A DNA stretch of 7,035 nt from Nanopusillaceae archaeon. Lineage in GTDB: Archaea > Nanobdellota > Nanobdellia > Nanobdellales > Nanobdellaceae. A model generated the notes under the pieces. That model worked only from the letters and a program-made list of their open reading frames with translations. It did not search any database and was not told the origin of the DNA. A program made the position numbers and the translations under genes. This document shows, piece after piece, positions 1 to 5,509 of the stretch (within the stretch, counting starts at the first letter, position 1; each line of letters opens with the position of its first letter). Where the stretch lies: positions 1 through 7,035 of the forward strand of contig JBMFJL010000030.1 of the NCBI GenBank assembly GCA_049973735.1. The letters are read 5' to 3'.

Positions 1-835
1 ACTCGTATTTTTGCATTATCAATATATCATCCATTGATAATTCTCCACCTTGTTTTATTTTTTCTTGTATCTTATTATATTCGTTTATAATTTTTGTCTT
101 TTCTTCATCGCTTATTTCTATCTTTCCTTCTCTATTTAATTTACTAACATATTCTTCTAACTCCTCTCTTAATTTTTCTTCCAAAGATTTTATTTTTTCC
201 TTTATCTGCGTTATTTGTTGCTTTATAGTGTTGTACTGTTGTATTACATTGGCCAATTTTTCCCTCAATTCTTTCATTTGCTGTTTTATTAATTTTCTCT
301 CATCAATATTTTTTCTTATATTTTGTCCTAAAATGGATAACTTAGATCTATAAGCCATATATTCTTGTCTTAGTCTATCATATTCTTCTAAGGCAACAGC
401 TATTTCTTCATACTTCCCAATCAATTTTCTTAAATATTTTATCCTATTCCATATTTTCTTTTCTTGAGAATATGACAATATTTCCGTTTGTAAAACATAT
501 TCTAAAGTTTCCAATTCCTTTTTATACTTATTTATATTTTTTAAGGCATCTCTATTCTTAAAAATATCTTTTCTCTTTTGTCTTATTTCATCTATTTTCT
601 TTTTTATTTCTTCAAGCTTTTCCAAAGTCTTTTGTCTTTCTTGCATCAAATTATCTATAATAGATGTGTATTCCTCTTTTTTTGACTTCAATTCTTTTAA
701 TCTTTGAATTAATTCTTTTCTTTCCTTATATAAAAATCTCTTTTGTGAGTATAAATTTTCTTTTTCTTCTCCAAGCTTAATTAACTCTTTTTTTATATTA
801 AATATCGTCCTCTGTAATTTAGCAATATCATTCAC
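1..835 (-). CDS. Coiled-coil protein, archaeal COG1340-like (3'-partial, GTG start; not in supplied ORF track)
   Basis: Hand check of the minus frame (plus-strand triplets starting at n = 2 mod 3) finds no in-frame TTA/CTA/TCA between 2 and 841. The upstream in-frame stop is cta at 842-844, and the first start codon is GTG at 835-833. Translation: VNDIAKLQRTIFNIKKELIKLGEEKENLYSQKRFLYKERKELIQRLKELKSKKEEY...KKELETLEYVLQTEILSYSQEKKIWNRIKYLRKLIGKYEE...KQGGELSMDDILIMQKYE, then off the window. The composition is heptad-like K/E/L/I. Long helical arms flank an LExxLQTExLSxxxEKK core, which from memory resembles the archaeal coiled-coil family COG1340. Existence of the CDS is well supported; the family assignment is tentative. 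Confidence 0.75.
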   Translation of the reverse strand, partial: MNDIAKLQRTIFNIKKELIKLGEEKENLYSQKRFLYKERKELIQRLKELKSKKEEYTSIIDNLMQERQKTLEKLEEIKKKIDEIRQKRKDIFKNRDALKNINKYKKELETLEYVLQTEILSYSQEKKIWNRIKYLRKLIGKYEEIAVALEEYDRLRQEYMAYRSKLSILGQNIRKNIDERKLIKQQMKELREKLANVIQQYNTIKQQITQIKEKIKSLEEKLREELEEYVSKLNREGKIEISDEEKTKIINEYNKIQEKIKQGGELSMDDILIMQKYE

Positions 836-861
836 TTTAATCTAAAATTATATTGTAAAAA

Positions 862-869
862 TTTATAAA
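862..869 (-). promoter_or_regulatory. TATA-like box (TTTATAAA) for the coiled-coil gene
   Basis: The minus strand reads TTTATAAA across 869-862, centred about 30 nt upstream of GTG 835, inside the 36-nt spacer between the P1 stop and the coiled-coil start. TATA-like strings are common in DNA this AT-rich. Confidence 0.4.
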
Positions 870-871
870 TT

Positions 872-1189
872 TTAGAAGCCAAATAGAGCAGATAATCCCT
901 CCAATGCTTGCTCCTCCTTCTTTTCTTCTTCCTTCTTTTCCTCCTTCTTCTCTTGTGCAACTGCTACCTGTGTTTGTCCGACTGGCTGAGCTACTACTGC
1001 ACCTACACTCAATGACTCTTCTTTTACTTTTTCTAAGTCTACTCCTTGCAAACTTGCTAAGACAGCATTTATCATTGCTTCATTTGGCTCTATGCCTGCA
1101 GCAGTCAATACCTTTTTAATATTATCTGCATTTATTTCTTTTTTTGCTTCATGCAATAACCATACCGCATATACGTATTCTAAGCCCAT
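872..1189 (-). CDS. rpl12: 50S ribosomal stalk protein P1 (aL12)
   Basis: 105 aa. It has the N-terminal dimerisation helix region MGLEYVYAVWLLHEAKKEINADNIKKVLTAAGIEPNEA, an A/V/Q hinge, an EKKEEKKEEEKKEE linker and the C-terminal tail EGLSALFGF. This is the hallmark architecture of archaeal P1/L12e. Confidence 0.95.
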   Translation of the reverse strand: MGLEYVYAVWLLHEAKKEINADNIKKVLTAAGIEPNEAMINAVLASLQGVDLEKVKEESLSVGAVVAQPVGQTQVAVAQEKKEEKKEEEKKEEQALEGLSALFGF

Positions 1190-1210
1190 GATAATAAAAA
1201 ACTATAGAAA

Positions 1211-1218
1211 TATTTAAA
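1211..1218 (-). promoter_or_regulatory. TATA-like box (TTTAAATA) for rpl12
   Basis: The minus strand reads TTTTTAAATA across 1220-1211. The octamer centre is 25.5 nt upstream of the A of ATG 1189, and no Shine-Dalgarno lies between them. This fits a leaderless or near-leaderless mRNA. Confidence 0.45.
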
Positions 1219-1233
1219 AAATAATTCCCAACG

Positions 1234-1239
1234 AAAAAA
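1234..1239 (-). terminator. Oligo-T tract after fbp stop
   Basis: The minus strand reads TAA-acttatac-TTTTTT-cg. The T6 run begins 8 nt after the fbp stop, matching the archaeal oligo-T intrinsic termination signal. Confidence 0.4.
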
Positions 1240-1247
1240 GTATAAGT

Positions 1248-2369
1248 TTATTGTAGCTTTTCGAACCTGTCCTTTAACTTCTCTAATATAGCGGGTAATG
1301 TTGTATATTCTAGACTCTCATAAGATACTCTGTGTGGTTCAAATGGACCATGCCTTCTTATGTAATCTGCAATCTCGTTTGCTTTTTCCCTTACATAATC
1401 GAATGCAGGATCATCAAACATGTCTTCTGGACCATATAATTTACCATTTTTTATCTGAAAACCTAAACCTACTATTCTTGGAGGTCCATCAAATCTTGTT
1501 GGATGCGCCATTTTCACGCTAACTGGCATTAATGGTCCCCAGTGAGATCCTCTCATCCATCCATTTACTAAAAATGGAAATGCAAATGCTTCCAATATTT
1601 CTCCTACAGCAGGCAATCCTGCTTGAGCTCTTACAATCATTACTGGATCGTCTTTTCCAACATACCTTCCAGCAACATCATATAACCTTTCTGTAGATGA
1701 TACAGCTACTGGTTCGTTTGGAGGAATGGAATGTCCTGGCTTTGTAAATACTCTCTTTATAGCAAATCTTCCTGGCGATCCTATTAATGCTAACAGGTCA
1801 TATAATTCCTCTGGGGTACTTAAGAATGCTCTTTTATGTTCTATAAGGTCCCATACTTCGAATCTGAATCCCATGTGCATTGCTGGATCAATAACTAATC
1901 CTGCAGTGTTGAAAGGATCTGCAAACATTTTATACAATGCAAAATTAAATGCGCCTGCCTCTGTCTTATCTGCTAAAAATACTATAACTGGTTCTGATGG
2001 TCTTTCTGTTATTGTCATTTCTGCAACTCCAGGTCCTAATCCTCTTACATTTCCAGAGAACGCAGTTGATAATATATCCTGTCCTGCACCATACAATCCC
2101 ATTTGTTTTGCAACTTTTGTTGCCTCTTGAAATACTTCCCATGCAATTCCATGTATTTCTGGATTATCCTCTCCCTTATTATGTAACATAATTAATGCCA
2201 TATCGTCTCCTGCGTGAGATACTCTGAAATCAAATATCTTATTACCTACATACTTGTCCAATATATTTTCTGCTGTTTCTTCCAATACTGGTGGTACTAC
2301 ATGATGTCCAACAAAACCACCTACATCTGCCTTAATGACACTTATTGTTATTTTCTCCCCTTCTGCCAT
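1248..2369 (-). CDS. fbp: Fructose-1,6-bisphosphate aldolase/phosphatase (class V FBPase, bifunctional)
   Basis: 373 aa, collinear over its full length with characterised archaeal enzymes of the Thermococcus/Sulfolobus type. Shared blocks: ITISVIKADVGG, HAGDD, GLYGAGQDILSTAFSGNVRGLGPGVAEM, YKMFADPFNTAGLVIDP, GRYVGKDDPVMIVR (the segment that carries the Schiff-base lysine in characterised enzymes, as I recall), GWMRGSHWGPLMPV, TRFDGPPR and LEYTTLPAILEKLKDRF. Confidence 0.95.
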   Translation of the reverse strand: MAEGEKITISVIKADVGGFVGHHVVPPVLEETAENILDKYVGNKIFDFRVSHAGDDMALIMLHNKGEDNPEIHGIAWEVFQEATKVAKQMGLYGAGQDILSTAFSGNVRGLGPGVAEMTITERPSEPVIVFLADKTEAGAFNFALYKMFADPFNTAGLVIDPAMHMGFRFEVWDLIEHKRAFLSTPEELYDLLALIGSPGRFAIKRVFTKPGHSIPPNEPVAVSSTERLYDVAGRYVGKDDPVMIVRAQAGLPAVGEILEAFAFPFLVNGWMRGSHWGPLMPVSVKMAHPTRFDGPPRIVGLGFQIKNGKLYGPEDMFDDPAFDYVREKANEIADYIRRHGPFEPHRVSYESLEYTTLPAILEKLKDRFEKLQ

Positions 2370-2390
2370 ATTCTATATAACATCTTTGTT

Positions 2391-2398
2391 ATTTATAA
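2391..2398 (-). promoter_or_regulatory. TATA-like box (TTATAAAT) for fbp
   Basis: The minus strand reads TTATAAAT across 2398-2391. Its centre is 25.5 nt upstream of ATG 2369, the same spacing as for rpl12. Confidence 0.45.
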
Positions 2399-2460
2399 CG
2401 ATGTATTATTTTTTTCACCACCGAATACTAAGCATACTAGGATATCTTTGTGATTACAGG

Positions 2461-2468
2461 ATTATAAT
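2461..2468 (+). promoter_or_regulatory. TATA-like box (ATTATAAT) for dnaG
   Basis: The octamer centre is 26.5 nt upstream of ATG 2491. A second TATA-like string (TATAAATT, 2476-2483) fits neither ATG 2491 nor ATG 2500, so the assignment is uncertain. Confidence 0.35.
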
Positions 2469-2490
2469 CTTTATCTATAAATTTATTATA

Positions 2491-3678
2491 ATGGCGAAGA
2501 TGTCACCACAATATATAAAGTATATTATTCATGCGTCTGTATATATTGATGGAGTAGTTGAAAAACCAGATGTAATAGGGGCAATATTTGGGCAAACAGA
2601 GGGATTACTAGGGCCAGAAATGGATTTAAGAGAATTGCAAAGATCTGCAAAAATAGGTAGAATAGAAGTAGATTTGAGAGTAGAAAATGGAAAAACTATA
2701 GGTGAAATAAGAATACCAACTAGTACAAATAGATTTGAAACATCGTTAATTGCTGCAACATTAGAAACAGTAACAAAAATAGGACCTACACATGCAACAA
2801 TAAGAGTACAGAAAATAGAAGATGTTAGAAAAACAAAAATACAATCAATTCTAGAAAGAGCAAGAGAATTATTGAATAAATTGATAAATGAAGAAATGCC
2901 AGATCCAAAAGAATTACTTATGTATCTAGAATATTCGCAAAATATGAAAAGCTTGATAGAATATGGACCAGAAAAATTGCCTGCAGGACCTGATGTTGGT
3001 AGATCTGAAGAAATAATATTGGTAGAAGGTAGAGCAGATGTATTAAATTTACTAAGGTATGGCATAACCAATGTAATTGCACTAAATGGATTAAATGTTC
3101 CAAAGACAATTGTAGAATTATCAAAAAGGACAATTGTTACAACATTCTTCGACGGTGATAGGGGAGGAGATCTACTAGTAAAAGAATGTATGTTAAATGG
3201 TGTAGAAATAGATTATGTTGCAAAACCTGATCCAGGAAAAGAAGTTGAGGAATTGTCTAGAAAAGAAATTATGAAAGCATTAAAGAATAGAGTAGCATTC
3301 GATCAGGTTAGATCATACTATGAAAGATTAGAAGGAAGCTTAGAAGATATTAAAGTTATTAGAGAATCTAAAAAGATAAAAGATAACACTTTAAGCAGAT
3401 TAAAAGTATATATGGAGGAGGCATTCAAAAAAGATTTGGCGATACTATTGGATGAAAACTTTAACATAATAAATAAAGTTCCTGTAGAAAAATTAGAGGA
3501 ATTTGTATTTAAAAATCCAAATATAACTTATATAGTAATGGATGGAATATTAAGTAGAGAATTTCTTGAAAAAATAGAAAAAAGCACAAATATAAAGTAT
3601 ATATTGTGTTTAGATGCTGTACAAAAAACATCAGACAAAATAAAAATATATACTTTGGGAGATTTGGACAGAGTATAA
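2491..3678 (+). CDS. dnaG: Archaeal DnaG (TOPRIM-domain primase-like, exosome-associated protein)
   Basis: The N-terminal domain IKYIIHASVYIDGVVEKPDVIGAIFGQTEGLLGPEMDLRELQRSAKIGRIEV is near-invariant in archaeal DnaG. TOPRIM motifs IILVEGRADVLNLLRYG and FFDGDRGGDLL are present, as is the C-terminal IVMDGILSREFLEKI...KYIL segment. The start is set at ATG 2491 (MAKMSPQY); ATG 2500 is also possible. The 52 extra codons of track ORF 2335 are F/I/Y-rich junk, cross the fbp start and cover both promoters. Confidence 0.9.
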   Translation: MAKMSPQYIKYIIHASVYIDGVVEKPDVIGAIFGQTEGLLGPEMDLRELQRSAKIGRIEVDLRVENGKTIGEIRIPTSTNRFETSLIAATLETVTKIGPTHATIRVQKIEDVRKTKIQSILERARELLNKLINEEMPDPKELLMYLEYSQNMKSLIEYGPEKLPAGPDVGRSEEIILVEGRADVLNLLRYGITNVIALNGLNVPKTIVELSKRTIVTTFFDGDRGGDLLVKECMLNGVEIDYVAKPDPGKEVEELSRKEIMKALKNRVAFDQVRSYYERLEGSLEDIKVIRESKKIKDNTLSRLKVYMEEAFKKDLAILLDENFNIINKVPVEKLEEFVFKNPNITYIVMDGILSREFLEKIEKSTNIKYILCLDAVQKTSDKIKIYTLGDLDRV

Positions 3679-3679
3679 A

Positions 3680-3691
3680 TTTTTATTTTTT
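3680..3691 (+). terminator. Oligo-T tracts (T5-A-T6) directly after dnaG stop
   Basis: The sequence reads taa-a-TTTTT-a-TTTTTT starting 2 nt after the stop at 3676-3678. The same bases encode the stop and the C-terminal KK of the convergent 160-aa ORF. Confidence 0.5.
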
Positions 3692-4165
3692 AAATACTCC
3701 ATTTATTATACCATCTATTGTTTTATTTCCAAGACGAGCTTCATAATATAGGGAAATATATAAAGATCCACCAAGACTCCTCCACTGATATAATACTAAT
3801 TTTGTACTCTCATCGTTAGCATAATTATATATAATTTTTATTGATCCATTCGGAGATAAATAATGTATTTGACTTAGAGACGATGATGGCGCAATAATAG
3901 ATGATGTTTCATATGAATTTTTTAGTGCCATTAGAGTAAAATATAGTGGTAAAGTATAGTTCGATGGATTATTGATAAAGAAAGTAATAGTACTGTTATC
4001 CACCAGTAAATCTGATATATATAGACCAAAAGGGTTCCCTGGATTTATTGTTTTTGCGTTTTTATAATATGAAGAATAGGCATAATATATTAAATATACT
4101 GTTGGTAGTACAAAGGCTAAGAATAGTAAATTGATATATATCTTTTGTAATTTTTTCTCATCCAT
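3683..4165 (-). CDS. Hypothetical N-terminally membrane-anchored or secreted protein (160 aa)
   Basis: MDEKKLQK is followed by one hydrophobic helix (IYINLLFLAFVLPTVYLIYYAY), then an S/N/Y/I-rich, probably beta-rich ectodomain with 4 N-X-S/T sequons (NST, NYT, NGS, NKT) and no Cys. The segment LLVDNSTITFFINNPSNYTLPLY faintly recalls the NPN beta-sandwich of LEA_2/COG5608-type proteins; this is a weak, memory-based resemblance. No alternative in-frame Met occurs before residue ~79. Confidence 0.65.
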   Translation of the reverse strand: MDEKKLQKIYINLLFLAFVLPTVYLIYYAYSSYYKNAKTINPGNPFGLYISDLLVDNSTITFFINNPSNYTLPLYFTLMALKNSYETSSIIAPSSSLSQIHYLSPNGSIKIIYNYANDESTKLVLYQWRSLGGSLYISLYYEARLGNKTIDGIINGVFKK

Positions 4166-4177
4166 TATATAATGGAT
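4160..4177. repeat. Perfect 18-bp palindrome ATCCATTATATAATGGAT containing two divergent start codons
   Basis: Read directly from the sequence: 4160-4177 equals its own reverse complement. The minus-strand ATG is at 4165-4163 and the plus-strand ATG at 4172-4174, separated by TATATA (4166-4171). Both products therefore start Met-Asp. Confidence 0.9.
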
Positions 4178-4762
4178 AATTTTGATAAATTAAAAAAATA
4201 TCATGTAGAAAAATTAAAAGATGCTATGAAAAATTTTCTAGCAGATCAACCAATATATTATCTATTAAATTATATAAATAGTCTTAATGATTTTTTTACA
4301 ACCTCATCTTGTTCGGGGAGAATAATACTAATAAAAATACCAAAATCTGGCAAAAAAAATGAAGCAAAATTTTTATTTAAATCACATTATCCAGTAGATT
4401 TTTATTACATATGGTTTAAATTAAAAGATATTTACAAAATATATGAAGAAAAAATATATTTCAAGCAAGAACCTTTTATTTTACATGTAGCAGCAAGAAA
4501 CTTAGATAGGGGCTATGAAATTTTAGAATATGCTAGAAAAGCTGGATTTAAACATTCAGGTATTTTTCTTATCAGTAAAGATAGAATTATGGTAGAAATT
4601 ATTGGAAATGAGAAAATAGAAACTATGGTAGCAAAAAACAGAGAATTGCTGATAGATGAGAAATATTTTTTTAAATTAGTAGAAGAAGCTAATGATAAAT
4701 TAAAAAGGGTAAAAACAAACATTGAAAAATTCTATAAAATATTAAAAGATAATTTAGGATAA
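4172..4762 (+). CDS. taw3: tRNA wyosine-derivative N4-methyltransferase Taw3 (TYW3 family, DUF207/COG1590)
   Basis: 196 aa. It carries the diagnostic TYW3 motif FFTTSSCSGRIILI, then FKQEPFILHVAARNLD and GFKHSGI blocks. Length and layout are typical of archaeal Taw3. Confidence 0.88.
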   Translation: MDNFDKLKKYHVEKLKDAMKNFLADQPIYYLLNYINSLNDFFTTSSCSGRIILIKIPKSGKKNEAKFLFKSHYPVDFYYIWFKLKDIYKIYEEKIYFKQEPFILHVAARNLDRGYEILEYARKAGFKHSGIFLISKDRIMVEIIGNEKIETMVAKNRELLIDEKYFFKLVEEANDKLKRVKTNIEKFYKILKDNLG

Positions 4763-5497
4763 AATTTTACAGAAATCTTTTAAGTTATTACTATATACAT
4801 TCATCCAAATATGTAAATTTTTATAGGTAAAATTAAAATAATCATATCTTATAATTGCTGCATATGTTCCATTTATATTGAACATATATTTTCCACCAGA
4901 AATATAGCATCCGGTTCCAGTTAAATTATAAACTTTAACTTTTTCTAAATCATTCATTAAATTTGTATAATTTCCATTGCAAGAATTTATATCATTATAC
5001 TCTCCATATATGGTAAGATTTTTTATTGAACATGTAACATTGATGAATTCTAGATCTATCTTAACAGGAACTAAAACTGGAAAACTTCCATTCGTAAAAT
5101 ATGTATAATTACCAACTATAGTTTCTATATAATTTATATAATCATTACACAATAAATAATCTGGCAATATTCTATCATTTTTATAAGTTATATAAATGTT
5201 ATTCTTTCCATAAAAAAATCCATTAAATATTTCTTTTTTACTCTTCTTTATATTGCTATATCTATTTATTGTTAAATCTATTTTTGATTCTGAAGTACTG
5301 TTATCTAAACAAAAATCCCTATAATATGTAATTGTCGAATTAATTTCACATTTACCATTTACGATCTGTCCAATTGCTTCACATGGAATTGGTATTTCAA
5401 TTATAGTTCTTCCAATTGATTTATTTTGTGAATAAATTCCGAAAAGTAAAATAAATGATAAAATTAATATGAAAATGATAGAATATTTTTTATCCAT
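4754..5497 (-). CDS. Hypothetical secreted Cys-rich, heavily sequon-bearing protein (247 aa)
   Basis: MDKKYS is followed by a hydrophobic stretch (IIFILILSFILLFGIY), consistent with a Sec-type signal or N-terminal anchor. The mature part has 8 Cys and 11 N-X-S/T sequons (counted by hand) and an N/Y/I-rich composition. I recognise no family motif. It starts 12 nt after the upstream T2SSF gene, so it is probably co-transcribed. Confidence 0.72.
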   Translation of the reverse strand: MDKKYSIIFILILSFILLFGIYSQNKSIGRTIIEIPIPCEAIGQIVNGKCEINSTITYYRDFCLDNSTSESKIDLTINRYSNIKKSKKEIFNGFFYGKNNIYITYKNDRILPDYLLCNDYINYIETIVGNYTYFTNGSFPVLVPVKIDLEFINVTCSIKNLTIYGEYNDINSCNGNYTNLMNDLEKVKVYNLTGTGCYISGGKYMFNINGTYAAIIRYDYFNFTYKNLHIWMNVYSNNLKDFCKILS

Positions 5498-5509
5498 ATA
5501 AACTTTTAT

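Noticed and set aside
911-954. A 44-nt pure polypyrimidine (C/T) tract, considered as a possible repeat or triplex-forming element.
   Set aside because: It is simply the antisense of the GAA/AAG/GAG codons encoding the EKKEEKKEEEKKEE linker of P1, which is a conserved protein feature.
904-1119. Plus-strand 71-aa ORF opposite rpl12.
   Set aside because: It is the antisense of the K/E-rich linker and gives an L/S/P/F-rich artefact. The P1 frame is unambiguous.
1298-2453. Plus-strand ORFs 1298-1522, 1726-2130, 1997-2191 and 2214-2453 opposite fbp.
   Set aside because: These are shadow frames antisense to a full-length, strongly conserved fbp. The last one also runs through the promoter spacer, and none has recognisable features.
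2441-2457. GATATCTTTGTGATTAC, which resembles half of the Thermococcales glycolytic motif (TATCAC-N5-GTGATA) known upstream of fbp in Thermococcus.
   Set aside because: Only a degenerate GTGAT(T)A half-site is present and the TATCAC half is missing. It also sits next to the dnaG TATA rather than the fbp one.
2335-2490. The 52-codon N-terminal extension of the dnaG ORF in the track (start at 2335).
   Set aside because: The translation is F/I/Y/L-rich with no DnaG similarity. It overlaps the fbp start codon and spans both candidate promoters. Conserved DnaG sequence begins right after Met-53 (ATG 2491).
2370-2490. The only sizeable intergenic region, screened for a C/D-box sRNA, tRNA or other structured RNA.
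   Set aside because: There is no RUGAUGA/CUGA box pair on either strand, no GC-rich stems and no cloverleaf potential. Two divergent promoters explain the region adequately.
2529-3133. Antisense ORFs 2529-3071 (180 aa) and 2918-3133 (71 aa) opposite dnaG.
   Set aside because: These are shadow frames of a confidently identified CDS. Their S/F/I/L-rich, low-complexity translations show no motifs.
4352-4359. An A8 homopolymer inside taw3, considered as a possible slippage or frameshift site.
   Set aside because: The reading frame is intact through it (G-K-K-N-E). Such runs are expected in a genome this AT-rich.
4513-4722. Antisense 69-aa ORF inside taw3, and the similar 70-aa ORF 5944-6156 inside the T2SSF gene.
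   Set aside because: These are shadow ORFs in AT-rich coding DNA with low-complexity translations.
5078-5090. TGGAA-AAC-TTCCA small inverted repeat, vaguely reminiscent of archaeal ORB/mini-ORB origin elements.
   Set aside because: It is a single copy with a 5-bp stem inside a CDS. There is no flanking AT-rich unwinding region outside genes and no orc1/cdc6 nearby.
5423-5497. The N-terminus of the 247-aa protein (and likewise of the 160-aa protein, 4075-4165), considered as a class III prepilin signal that would make them type IV pilins.
   Set aside because: There is no canonical [K/R]-[G/A] cleavage motif before the hydrophobic stretch: KKYS-IIF and LQK-IYI respectively. This cannot be excluded without a predictor, but it is not supported by the sequence as read.
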